Positions 1 to 13,380 of a stretch of 64,000 bases of DNA are shown here, in pieces; the first letter of the stretch is position 1; each line of letters opens with the position of its first letter. The notes under the pieces were generated by a model. That model was not told where the DNA came from. It saw only the letters and a list, made by a program, of their open reading frames with translations, and searched no databases. The stretch comes from Octopus sinensis. Lineage: Eukaryota. A program made the position numbers and the translations under genes. Location: NCBI RefSeq assembly GCF_006345805.1, contig NC_043004.1, positions 106,454,001-106,518,000 on the forward strand, given 5' to 3'.

Positions 1-2716
1 AGTTTTGGGAAGGTTTTTACAGCTGGATGCTCTACCGAACACCAACCACTTTACAGTGTGGACTAGGTGCTTTTAAGTGGCACCTGCACTGACAGGGTCA
101 CCAAGTACTTGCAAGACAAGGAAAAAAAAGTTGCAAGTAGGGAGGAGGCATTGGAGGAGGTGATCTTGTGTTGGATGAGGAAAAGGTTATAGTGAGACAG
201 ATACAGGTGTCTTGCTGTAGAGGAAGTACAAGGTTACCTGGCCAGAGAGAGAAAAATCAGGAATGAAGAAAGAAACAAGTGTGCTACTACAAAGGAAATA
301 CACAGTTACCCAACCTGAGGGAAGTGCAGGAGAAGGAGAGAGAGAGTGGGAGTTAGCAGGATAGAGATGGTGGTAAAATGCTGGGCATACTCACAAGGAA
401 CAAGGATCAGAATATAAATGGAATGGTTGAGTGAAGAAAGAAAGAGATAGATGGGGGCAAGTGCCAGTGCATACCCTTGAGGTTCAAATGCCATAATATG
501 AGTGGCAGGATTATTGTGAAGGGAATGTGATTAAAGAATGCAAGTAAGTGGTGAAAGACCTGGATATGTATAGAGTTGGGTGAGGCTACCAGATAGCAAT
601 GATACAGAGGAACAGGATTGGGGATTGAGAGCTAGGCATATTGTATGGAGTTACATGTGGGTAGAATACACAGGTCAGAGGCTAGCAGATAGCAATAATA
701 GAGTGAAACAGGACATGTGGGTAGAATACACAGGATGGGGGTAAGCGGAGAACAATGATACAGTGGCACAGGGCCAAGAGGACAGGATTGGGGTGTGGAA
801 GGTAAACAAAGTACATGAAGCAGATATGTGAAGAAAAGAAGAGATGTAGAGACGTAGTTTGGTTTGTTGTGGTTAGAGTGTGTGAGAAGTTGTCTTGTTA
901 AGTGTGGATGGGACACAGCACTTCAAGAACTCAGTTTCATTGACGTGGATGGGTCTTCTCAAGAACATATTGCCAGACATCTCGGTTCATTGTCATTTCC
1001 TGCGTGAGGCCCAACTTCCTGAGATTGGTCCTTACCACTTCATCCCCTGTCTTCCTGGGTCTCCCACCTCCATGAGTACCATCCACTTTCAGTGATTGGT
1101 ACTTCTTTATGCAGCTGTCTTCATTCATATGCATCACATGTTCAAACCAGAATAGTCTTCTCTCTTGCATGCTACATTTGATTTCTCTTATGCCCAACTT
1201 TTCTCTCAATACATTTGCACTTTACCATACATGTGCATTGATGCTGTACATCCAACTGAGCATACTACCTTTATTTCTCTCCAGTCTACACATGTCTTCT
1301 GCATTCAGAGCCCACATTTCACTGCCATAGAGTATAGCCATTCACACATAAGCATCATATAGTCCGCCTTTCACTCTGAGAGAAAGTACTTCTGTTGCCA
1401 ACAAATATAATAGCTTTCTGAACTTTCTCCACCCAATTCTTATTCTAGAGACAATACTTTTGGAGCATCCTCTGCCATTGCTAATTTGGTTACCTAGGTA
1501 ACTGAAACTATCTACAACCTTGAATCCTCAAAGGCATTTGAGAGAATCTAAGTCCCGTCTGCTTTTAGTGCTTATTCTCCCTGCACATCTGCCATATTCA
1601 AAGACGACTTTATCTGTAAATCTACCTGTGATTCCACTGCACCTCTTATGAGTCCCTAGTTTACACTGGGTGCAGCAAATGGAATTTCTTCCAACTCCTA
1701 TCCTACATATTGAACAAGGCTATTTACCATATGGAAAGAGAGTTTCATCTACTTTCTTACTAACAATCACTTTTGTCTTAGCTAGGTTAACTTTAAGGCC
1801 CTTTGTTTCCATACCTGGAATTTCTTCTCCAATTCTGCTAAAGATTCTGTGATAAGAGTAAGGTCATCATCATATAATAGTTCCCATGGGTACCCAGTCT
1901 TGAATTCTTCTGTTATGGCCTGGAGGACTATAATGAATGAGAGTGGGCTGAGAACTGAGCCCTGGTGAACCCTGCTTGAACGTTGAATTCATCATTGTAT
2001 TCATGGCCAACTCTCACCTTACTGACAGCACCACTGTACATGGTTTGGACAGCTCTGAGAAGCCACACCTCTACTCCTAACTTCCTTAGAGACCACCATA
2101 TAACAGTGCGGGGAACTCTGTCGAAAGCTTTCTCCAGGTCAATGAAGCTAAGTACAGTGCCTTACTTTTGGCCAAATACTTTTCCTGCAGCTGTCTCACA
2201 AGGAAGATGGCATCTGTGGTGCTCTTCCCAGGTACAAAACCAAACTGCATCTCATCTAGTTTAATTCTATTTTTAATCAATTGAGCTATAACCCTCTCAG
2301 AAATTTTCATGACTTGGTCTAGCAGTTTAATACCTCTGTAGTTGTTTTTATCTAAGACACCACCTTTACCCATGTAGCAGCTAACTATAATGATATTACA
2401 TCAGTCGTTGGGGATGGTGCCTTCTGGAATAACCTGATTAACTATATGGGTGACTAAGCTGTATCCCATGCCACTGGAAATTTTAATCATTTTGGCAGTG
2501 ATTCCTGGTGGCCCAGGGGCTTTCCCTGTCTTCATGTCCTTAATTGCCTTATCTATTATGCTGCTATCAACTCTGATGACTGGTCCCTCAATTGGTTCAA
2601 TATTTGGTAAACACTCCTTCTCCCATTCATTTTCCATGTTTAGTAACCTTTCATGGTGACACTTCCGTGCATCTTTCTTCTCTGAATCACTAAGTGCAAG
2701 CGTACCATTATCCATT
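1..2716 (-). mobile_element. Decayed, 5'-truncated RTE LINE (RT remnant plus long 3'UTR running off the window start)
   Basis: Frameshifted ORFs 2401-2715, 2086-2373 and 937-1209 align with the intact RTE ORF at 57303-59192 (GKAPGP, QFGFVPGKSTTDAIF, GRPRKT); shared 3' tail at 1-110. Confidence 0.92.
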
Positions 2717-3839
2717 TGGAAGGCTGATGGTAGAGAGTGTCAGGTACAAGCAAGTTTGATATAATATCTTATACACAGGCCTTGTATTGCGAGGAGGAGA
2801 TAAACTGAGAAGGATGATAGTCTGGAAGGAAAGAGATTGAAATATGGGTAGATCTGGTATCATCCTTCATTATGCAGTGTACACAGTATACTTGGTGGAT
2901 GAGAGGAGTGGACAGGAGAAATCCATTGCCATCCTTATTTTCACCTCCTGCATAGTATAGTGAATGGAAGAGGAAGTGAGTAATGGAGAGATGAATGAAT
3001 GTAAAATGAGTGATGGAGAGAGTGACAAAGAGGTTGGTTAGGCAGCAGATGTAGACTTGAGAGTGGAGGTGTTAGCTATTCCTCCCAGTCATCATGAATA
3101 CCAATTTTAACATTTGCCTTGTATTTCTTGCATAGGTGGAATGGTCTTATCCCACAATGTGTCACCAGTTGACACAGTTGTTTATCTCCTCCCTTACCTT
3201 GTGAAATGCAAGTTCTTCAAATCAGTCTTCATCATTTTATCATAAGTTCTTCCTTAGTGTCCCTTTTCTACAGGTTCCACTTGAGCATGTAGCACTTCTT
3301 CATGCAGCTGTTATCCTCTGTACACACCACATACTCACACCAGCACACTCTCCTTTCTTCTACTACATTCCATTCCTCTTGTGTCCAATTTTTCTCTCCA
3401 TTATTCATAAACACAAATTTTACATCAAATGGAACAATTGTGTTTCATTTATTTCTAGTCTTTGGAAATCCTCTGCATTCCTGGCCCAGAATTCCTTAGC
3501 ATAACAGATTTAGCACTCCATGTGTTGAATCAAGTGGGATATTAATGTCGTTTTGTCGTCAGTGCATGTTCTCTGGAGTGTCATTGATGTCAGCTCTTGA
3601 AATATGAGATGCTAAGGAATAGCTTCTGTGTTATCAAGAATGTTTAATGTCTGATGATCAGTTATGGTCATGTAGATGTAGTGATAACTTAGCAACAATG
3701 GGTGAATGCCATTATGTCATCCATGCTTTTGATGATTGGTACAGATGTGGGTGGTATGTCTGCTGGATCATTGATTTGCAGGAATGGGTGTGGTAATCTC
3801 TGTATGCTCAACAAGCATAGTATAAACCCAGTTTAGGGT

Positions 3840-5045
3840 GATATATCAAGATCCAAGTCAATAGCTTAATATACATTAGAAGTACATTCTATTAATGCAT
3901 ACTGCAAGCTGTTGGAGTATGTAAACCTTCCTTGGAGGCAGAGTTGGCAATTGTGAACTCCAAGTAAATAAGGTGGGACTGTCAATTATATGCCATTTGA
4001 TGTTGGCCGAGATGTTGCTGCAGTCATAGGATCTCCAGATAAAGCAGGATAAGGAAATGAGGTTTTCTGTGTCCCTATATCTGCAGGGGTACACATGCAG
4101 TGGATGTCTCCCTTTGTAGTTCTTGACTGTCAAGCCTGTATAGTGGCTTATAAATACCATTGGATGGTGTTAGGGTGGTTGTATAGACCACAGCTTTCAA
4201 GACGTAGGATCCTCCTGTTAGACAGTTGGTAGGATTTCAGCAATTGGGAGTGTAGGATGAAGATTGTGTGGTTGTGCGTTTGCTTCTGTTATAGCATGTG
4301 ATGTTGGAAGTGATATTTTCTAAGCATGAATAACTGACTTTAATGTTATGGGAATTAAAAGGCTTATGGTATCTATCACTTTTATGAAAATGTTGCCTAA
4401 GATCAGGAAGCTTTTGCTTAACTCAGTAGAAGCATCTAGGTTGAATAGAGGATTATGCCAGATAACCATTCTTCTTTTGTGCGTGGATATGGTAGGTAAC
4501 ACTCCATGTATATTAACTTATCAGTAAAGCCATTTCTTGCTAAAACCGTATTGTAATAGAGTACTGCCCTGTTGAAAAATTCTCAGTCTGATGTTAAGCT
4601 GGAGATTCTTCTGATACCTGTTACTAATTACAGATGGTGGGTGGTTAGAATATTTATTAACAATTTTCTCATTGTTGGAGTAGCAAGTACTTGCTTGCTT
4701 TGAAGTGTAGGTTAGAATCCAGGAATTCAACTTTTGTTAAGTTGGTGGTGACATTTATGGATAAGCTGAACTCTTTGAAGAAGCTAATAAGGTTCTTCTT
4801 AAACTTATCCATGGCATAGTTACTCATATGTCTACTCTGTATTGGGCCAAATTGTGTGGGTGTGTATATTTTCTTAGAGTATCAAGGATGAAGAGCCCTG
4901 TGAGGTCAGTGACCTTGGCCCTGTCATATAACCTATGGATATGTTAAATAGCGAGTCACCCTTCTTTTTACCCTGTATGGATCATTATGAAATAGAAGTG
5001 ACATCCTAGCATTCATAATGATTCTGATGTCAAAGTCACTGAGTC
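3840..5045 (-). mobile_element. Decayed Penelope-like element (RT C-part, linker, GIY-YIG endonuclease)
   Basis: Manual translation gives IIMNARMSLLF, RRMVIWHNPLF (cf. IWFNPPF), AVVY...YTGLT...KGR..H and IKWHII. Confidence 0.85.
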
Positions 5046-6557
5046 ATGTTTCCACACCCACAAAACTTTAAATAATACGAGAAGTAAAGTGAACCTGTTA
5101 ATAGATATGCACACACACACATACAAACACATTCACTTGTTAATTTATTTAACAACCATTTTCCCATGCTAGTATGAGTTGGACAGAGATTTATTTGTGG
5201 CAGGATTTTACAGGGCCTTATGTCTTTTTTGTGTCATTAAGCCTTACCTGTTCTTCAAGAAAAGGATTGCTTTACACAGGTCTTTGGCAGCAGTAAGGAA
5301 TGTAAACATCATCACTATTTCACTCAGATACTGACAAGCTGCTATTTATCAACATTACACACACACACACACTCACATATGCAAATCTCTCTCTCTCTCT
5401 TTCCCTCCTTTTTCTATCCATCCATCTATCTGTTCACTGGTAATCCTACAGTTTCCATTTGCTAAGTTTCACTCACAAGGTGTTGGTCTGCTTGGGGCTT
5501 TAGAAAACATTTATGGTGCTGCAGGATAGGACTTGGCCCCAAACCATGTAGTTTCAAAGGAAACTTCTCAGCCACGCTGCCATGGTTGACATGAATAAAG
5601 CCATATTCAACATAGAACCATATCTATTAATAATTACAGGATGGCTTGGCAATTGGCTTGATTTCAGATCATGTGTTTCAAACTGAAATATTACAGTGCA
5701 GAAGTCTTATAGTAGACACTTAATTACTTTATTTATATAAATGTTCCAATTAATTTGATAGTGAAAGCTCTATACAAGCATGTGACATTGATTAAATAAA
5801 CTGAATAAAATACTAAACTCATATGAATTGCTTTTCTTGCTATTTTTCATATTCATTTTTCAATGCTAAAATTTTATTTAGTGGTTCCTACAAATCTGGG
5901 TTATGAATTTAAATTCTATGGAGCAGAGTATTCCACAGCTAGAGTTTCTCTCTGACAACCACTGCATTATTCTATTCAAAGACGGGCTCTATCCAAAATC
6001 CCCCAAACTTATTTCACCTTGTACCACTCTCTATTATGATTGCAGCCTATTTTCAGTGACCTTTGGGACCTTGCTTAAAAGAAGTGTCAATGTCTGTTGA
6101 AAGATTTGAACTAATTAATTATCTTAATCACCACTCAGCTCATATGACTCCTATAATTCCAGTACCTTACCCTCTTAGTGTATATTTAATAGGCAGAGGA
6201 GTCAACCACAATCAACAATCTATTTATGACGATATCTATTCATAGGTTCACCACATGCTACACTTAAATATTCTCTTTATATCTTGTGTCGTTTCAATTT
6301 TTATGTTGTCATAGGATTACTTTTCACACATGTATTTCTGTTGTTTAAATTAATTGTTTCCAAAGCTTTTCTTTACCATTTTTTAAATTCTTTTCTTTCA
6401 ATATTTCTCTTACCTACTTTTTACATCTATTTTATTATTATTTTTATTTATTCCTTTTTTTTGTGTGAGGATTTAGTTTTCAGCAGTGTATAAGTGCAGA
6501 TATAGTTGTGAAGATCAGAGGTTCACTCTACAACCATGCGGTTGTGAAGTGAACTTC

Positions 6558-6750
<193 letters not shown>

Positions 6751-6992
6751 CATACATAACTCCATTGCTCCATTGAAGCCCTAGTGTGAAACTGATTGTA
6801 AGATGGCCATAATGATTATAAATACTGTACACTTTGATTAATATACTATTGACTAATATACGAGTGCATATTTTTTCTGACTTATGGATTCTTACATGGT
6901 GTGTGCGTGTGTAATATAAATATATATATATATGTATGTATGTATGTGTGTGTGTGTTTATTGTATTTAATAATAATAATAAATAATAATAA

Positions 6993-7361
6993 TAACAAAA
7001 GCACCCAGAGAGTGCAAACCTCTGCCAAGGCAACACCAATGTCCTCTCAACGATTAGCTGGAGATGAGTTTTAAAATGAGAATATCTAAAATAAACTCAC
7101 CCGCTCTCACAAACGAGAATACTAAAAATGAACCGAACCGCTCTCAAAAATTAAGTAAATTAACAGAAAAATAATCCAGAAGCTGTGTCCAGTACCAGAT
7201 TGATCCCAAATTCTAATTAGTTTGTGCTAGTCATGAAGCCAAGCATCCCTGAAAGTTTCATCTGAATGCATCCAGTGGTTCTTGAGATATCTTGTTCACA
7301 GACAAACAAACAAACAAATATGACTGAAAAACAATACCTCCACCTTCGCTAAGGTGGAGGT

Positions 7362-7365
<4 letters not shown>
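6993..7365 (-). mobile_element. Helentron-associated non-autonomous element (HINE/DINE-1-like)
   Basis: Reverse complement of 29880-30245; terminal hairpin ACCTCCACCTT-CGCT-AAGGTGGAGGT, (CAAA)n core, sub-terminal IR and second hairpin at the other end. Confidence 0.7.
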
Positions 7366-7401
<36 letters not shown>

Positions 7402-7402
<1 letters not shown>

Positions 7403-7965
7403 GCCCTGATGCAATACTAGACAGTGGCTCCCATGGCTTCTCATGTTAACTGATTGGAAGTGCTATCATGTACATGTCTTGTCTTGGTATAAAAGCTGTG
7501 CTACAACAAATATTCTGCCCAGTGCCACAGATTTGCTTGTCAGTTGCTTAATCTTAACCAGTTGAGCATGTCCCTTAATGGTCGATGTTGTGTGCATCTC
7601 TGATTGCAAGCAGAAGTAGTGGGGGGAGCATCATAGTCATGTGTTGAAAGGAATTCTTTGGGGTTTGAATAATTCACCTTTGAAAACGTGGGCGTTTCAT
7701 TCAACATCCTTAAACAACCCTTATTCAGGGACCTTTTCAGTGGGATGGGCTACTCGACCTGAAGAAAAATCTAACTAGACCCCCACCTGCAAAGTCATGC
7801 ACAGTTTATCTTGATATGAGATCACTATATCACACACATATGGCTGTGATGCATGTGCTCAGTGTACCCTTATCAGATGGATAGTCATGATGGGTATATT
7901 GGGCTTTGTATATTTGTACTCCAGTGTCACTTTGATGGCATGCATTGCTCTTTCATGCAATAATG
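7402..7965 (+). repeat. ~560-bp non-coding interspersed element embedded in (TAA)n; second copy inverted at 44605-45161
   Basis: End-to-end reverse-complement similarity of the two copies; both flanked by (TAA)n/(CAA)n. Confidence 0.85.
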
Positions 7966-7969
7966 ATTA

Positions 7970-8600
7970 TAATTACAAAAAATGCATATCAATTAGATTG
8001 ATAAACTTACGTCTCACTCTTAATAAGCAACTTCGTGCACACTTATGAAAAAAAAAACAGCCGTAGTACCAACAGTTTGTTTAATAATGAGGCTAAATGC
8101 CTAGAAACATAGGTGTAGTATGCATAAACTTTAACTCCTACTGAAAGATTACAAGGATAACTTCATTGGAAACCCTAATTGCAGACTCATCAACTCTATG
8201 AAGAGTGAAATAGACAGGATCAGTGAGCATATACTTGACATCATCAACATTAGAATCAGGATGGCCAGTGATCTTAAACAATGGGTTTGTAATAGTGAGA
8301 TTGTTAGGTGGTTTCACAACATCATGAACAAGCATAGCCACAAGTTTATCCAGTTTGATATCTTCTGAGTTGAGCAAAAACTATGCAGCCATCTCTGAAA
8401 CTGACATCAACCTCATTCTAAATGCTAGAAAATCATTGCTATACTATGACAGCTATTTTTCAGTGAAAAAACATGATGAGCTTTTCAATGTATCTTCAGG
8501 TAGTTTAAATAGCTCTGAGGTAGCCGATGTTGTTTGATTGTTCCTATTAAGCATTCTTAAGAATGAACTGCCAATTGTAGAATTTGGACTGTACTGTTAC
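7970..8600 (+). mobile_element. Penelope-like RT fragment
   Basis: + strand translation LLKDYKDNFIGNPNCRLINSMKSE...LKQW...WF...FIQFDI and ILNARKSLLY...LFNVSSGS...GLY match PLE RT motifs. Confidence 0.88.
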
Positions 8601-8619
8601 CTGTCATGATGACTCGCTG

Positions 8620-9645
8620 GGTATTAAAATGCCGACATCATGACAACTACTCAATGTTCTGTGAACACTGTCAAGATTGTAAGATGTGATAGTTGCAATG
8701 GACACAACAAAGCCATTGCCTGCAGGAAGAGACACAACTGGTGTTCTGACTGAAACTGCATGCTGGAATTCATCCAATAGCTGCAAGACAAGGTGATGGA
8801 AGACCAAAGGAACCCAGGCTTTGGCAAGAGAAGTGTGTGTTCGAGTCGCCACCATGAATGAGGACCTTTGCTACCACTTGTACAAGAAACACAAGGGTCA
8901 AATTCTGACAGTCAAGGCCAAGGAGAACAGCTTGATGAAGGTAAAGAAGCTCCTCAACAAGCTACAGCATCCTGTTGGCCCAGGGATCGTCTGGTTCTTC
9001 TCAGATGAAAAGAACTGCTAGGACCAGTTGTACAGCACTCAAAACAACATGTGGCTTGTCTACAATCCATGTGATATACCATGTATCATGAAAACCAAGT
9101 TCCCTTAAACTGTGATGGTCTTTGCATGGGCCTCCAGTAATGGTGATGTCAAGCTGTCCCACATCTTTGACCAGAGCTTTAATATAATTTTAGATGGCTA
9201 TATGAAGCTGTTGAAACTGTGATCAAACCCTGACTTGAGAGGGTTGCTGGTGGAAGGCCATATGCATAGCAGCAGGATTTGGCTCCTTGCCATACCTCCA
9301 GAGAGATTCAGAAGTGGTTGTGGAAGAATTTCTATGATCCCAATTTCTGGCCTCCTAAATTCCCCCAATTGTAATCCCATGGATTATTACCTGTGGGGCA
9401 CAGTTTAGAAAGGCACCAACCATTCTGCCTGAAACACCAAGGCCAAGCTGGTGGGCAACATCAAAGAGGTGTTTGAAGATCTACCCAGGGATACAGTGAG
9501 GAAGGCATGCACCAGATTCTGAAGCTGGGGGTGGCTACTTTGAGTGGTTTGTTATCTCCCAGCCACAATCTAGCTGATATTTTTTGAAATACTTCTGGTT
9601 TTGGATATTGTGTTTTCTTTTTATGCAAACTTTCAAATTTAGCTT
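8620..9645 (+). mobile_element. Decayed Tc1/mariner transposase, maT/DD37D-like
   Basis: WFFSDEK, VMVF, QQDLAPCH and WPPNSPNCNPMDYYLWG motifs with stops and frameshifts. Confidence 0.85.
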
Positions 9646-11795
9646 GAATGCTGTGTGTTTACATACACACACACACACACACAGAGGAGCCTACACACAG
9701 TTTCCATCTACCAAATACACTCACAAGACATTTATCACCCTGAGTTTATAGTTGAAGGCACTTGCCCAAGGTGCTGCGTAGTGGGACTGAACCCAAAACC
9801 ATATGACTTCAAAGCAAGCTTTTTAGCCACACAGCCATGCCTGTACCTAAACTATATTCTGCTCAATCTGTATTGTTTGGAAATTTCAAGTTACCAGAAA
9901 CTGGTTAGATTCTAACATCTGCAGGGTTTAGGTATTGTATTTCTGTTTTGTTTATTTAGTGCATCTCTCTTGGTTGAGAACTTTGTTTTGACAATAATGT
10001 AGCTACAGGCTATTTATAATTAAAAGTAACTGCATACTAATTATTCCAGAATCAATTAAATCTAGCTAAAAAAAAAAAGTCAAACTATTAACTTTATTTT
10101 AGAGAAAACCTAATTTCAAGTTTCTGGCTGTCATAGCTGTTTTATGATAATGAAATGGATGGGGATATAATTGTTGTGAGTGCAACTCTGAATGAAGGAC
10201 AGGATTGTGAATGTGTTATTGTTATCTGTTATTTTCATAAAGACTTCTTGTCAAGTATTACGTTGCTTGAATTTCTCTGCTGCAGGCTATCGACTTTAAA
10301 TGGTTCACAATTTATTACTATTTAATTATAGAGATGTCACTTTGACTATTAATTACAACTTTTGCACATTTAGGGCTCATGAAGTTTTTAATTGTTCTGG
10401 TGGGGGTATATTTTTCTCAGATGTCCCTTATATCCAGTACATGTCTAACTCAGCTAACATAGCCATTAACCTAGTAGTTAAAAGCTTTTCTCATTTTGCA
10501 TAAGATTCAGGATCTTTGGCACCATTGAAAAGGAATACTTCAGAATTAAATATTAAATTTATTTCTTTTAAAATGAATAACTTGGGTCAAATACTGTTTT
10601 CTTTTCCTTATTTTTCTGACTTCAGGTTAGCTGCTATTTTCTTTTTCACTTGTGCCTTAGTTTTTTTAGTAGGTTATTTATACCTTAACAGACCCCAATG
10701 TTACTTTCTGATCTAGTCACTTGAATTGATGTTTTATATATTTTAATAGTACCATTATCTAATCTCTACTCCAGGAATTTATCTGTTACTGTAGGATCTG
10801 TTACCTCTCTAGCCCTTCTTCACCTCATGCATTCAGATATTAATAACATATCTTAAAAATGAATGTATACATGTATCTATGTTCTAAGTAGTAGACCACA
10901 ATTCCGCACCTAGATGTTGAAGTTTTGCATAGAGGAACATAATTTCAAGGAGAAGGTCACAAGCTACGAAACTTGGTTCTGAAATCTGTTTCTTTTTATC
11001 TCCAGACAGAAAACTAAGAGTATTGTTTACTCTCTCTATATATATCCTAGATGCTGCAGTAGACACTGGGAAATATTACTGGTTATAAATATAATTTATA
11101 TATATTTAAAAAGGTATATTAGAATAAAATTTTGAAACAGAAATAATGTTTAGAAACAACACGACTGTTACTTTATTTCAAAGTCAAATCAAATATCCAT
11201 CTACTAACAGTAGTCAGCTTCTGCAATTAGAATGGGTCAGCTTCTTGTTCTCTGGATCTAATAAACAAACAACAAATCATTAACATCTTCTAACTGCATT
11301 CAAGAGGCTTTATTATTTTATGGATATCATTTGCTTCTGGAGCCGTGAAACTAGTGCTGACCTTCCATCATTATAGAATATGTTTCTTTCATATCTAAGA
11401 CTTTCCATCAATCACAAATGAGCAATATCATGAACGTTATCTATGAAACAAATGGCTTCCTCTTGATTACTAAACACTTGGTGATAATAATGCTTAATCT
11501 TTCTGTTGAGATAAAGTTTTGTTCCTCTTTTACCAGAATCTTGGTATCTGCATATTTAACCTTACCTTATTGAACTTCCTCCTTACCCGCTTTCATTTGT
11601 ACATTAGTTCACCAATTAGTAATTTTCAAACACATCCATCATTCAGCTGACACCTTTGTGATCATATTTCTTACAGGTATAGATTCAATACCTTGTTTCA
11701 TTTCATCTTCAAAGTTATAAACAACTTGGAGGGGGTTAGATTAAAAATAACCAACTTTTTCTGATTTAGTGGTTGTTTACTTGGTCAGTTTAATG

Positions 11796-12301
11796 CAGGG
11801 GTGGGCAAACTTTTTAGTGGGGTGGGCAAACTTTTTAGTGGGGTGGGCAAAAATTTCCAAAGAAATACTCTTCTATCTGTGTAAATCTTGTATATATCTA
11901 TCTGTAATTCGATATACATTAATAAAGATAAATGTAACACATTAAATTAACATGTAACATCTTCATTAACACTGCCACTGAATTTAAGACATTTATATTG
12001 TTTATGAGGTATTCTATGTTTTTCAGCTAGAGTGTTGTTGGGTCTCAAGGGGGTGGTACAAACCTAGCAATATGTGTTTTGTAGTGTAAACAAAATTTTC
12101 ATTCAAATGGCAATTACCAGATAATTTCTGTTCAAGTCTAACCATTTTAGCCATAATGGAAATGTGACCTATGTTGCAAATAGGCATATGAATATTGTAT
12201 AAATTGTGTAATTGAAAAATTTATTAGATTTTGTACATATGAGTATATGAGCCTGTGGATGCAATAAAATGTGCTAGTGCATTGGGGTTTCCCCACCCCT
12301 G
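11796..12301. mobile_element. Non-autonomous hAT (Charlie/Buster-like) element
   Basis: TIRs CAGGGGTGGGCAAAC ... GTTTCCCCACCCCTG; perfect 8-bp TSD GTTTAATG at 11788-11795 and 12302-12309 with central TA. Confidence 0.9.
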
Positions 12302-13262
12302 GTTTAATGTAACAGACCATTGACAAAATTCTAGCCATGACTGTACTATCTTTTTAAGACATAGAGTATCTATTACTACATTAGTCAATGCATTTTTCTT
12401 CTAAAGCAATAAGATATAATGAGAGAGGTGTTTGGCTGTTATTTTCTTGCAGGTAAGTGACTACATGAAAGCTCTCTAGCTTTCTCATTCATGTATTGTT
12501 ATAAGCTTGTGTTTAGAATACAGCTCAAAGGGAAAAGGGTTCTCACATGGTGTTATGGAATTTTTAACTCTGAAATGTGTTATTACTCTTATAATAAGAT
12601 TTCAGGTAAGATTTTAATTTAATATGAACAGTTTAATACCAGCAGTTTTGGGCAGGTTGTTATCATGGGATTTTGAACAACATTCATTTCATTTAGTTTT
12701 CCTGTGATTTTACTTCTAGAAGACCCCTCTGGTTTTATGATAAAAAATTTCTTGTCTTGAAGTGATCTAAAGTAAAATTTTCTGTCAAAATTTCATATTA
12801 ATATATGATTCAGACATCAGCTTAATAATGTCATTTTTTTTTTTTAACGTAATTCTTCATAATTTTCAAAATTAATTGAAACAATATCAGTGTATTTCAA
12901 CAAATATTGGTAAGAAAAAGGTTAAACATTTTACTTGCTACAACATAGTTTATTTCTCAGACTTATCATAATAGACCAAACCATGAGTTATTCATTGGTT
13001 TGTTCATTATTGCAGTCTCCCTTGGTGATTGAATAATTTAAGAAATATGAAGGCCATATAAGATTCTATATAAAAGGGAAAAGATTTGATATAAAAACCA
13101 AATATTAATAACCATAATTGTTTGTAAATTTTCTGCCGTAATAAAAAGTATACAATGTAACACTATCCTTATTTTCATTTTTATGAGGATGTTTACAATA
13201 TGTAAGAAATTGCTATTTGTTTATTTGCTAGGGTCCACAGAAAGTGATGCCATATTTTGCAC

Positions 13263-13380
13263 ATGGCAAACAAAAAACACTGGGAAAATACACCTTCAGA
13301 ATTCACGGAATTTGGTCCTCTAATCTCTGATGTAAAGCCATCAACTGGATTTTTTTCTTGGTTCTTTAAAAGAAACAAAG
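13263..13380 (+). CDS. PIKFYVE: PIKfyve coding exon 1 (exon starts 13232 with 31 nt of 5'UTR): MANKKHWENTPSEFTEFGPLISDVKPSTGFFSWFFKRNK
   Basis: Acceptor ttatttgctag ends 13231; in-frame TGA at 13245 upstream of the ATG; 'FTEFGPL' resembles the PIKfyve N-terminal 'LTxFxPL' motif; donor AG|gttggt, phase 1. Confidence 0.85.

Noticed and set aside
8138-8377. 79-aa minus-strand ORF
   Set aside because: Antisense shadow of the + strand Penelope RT fragment.
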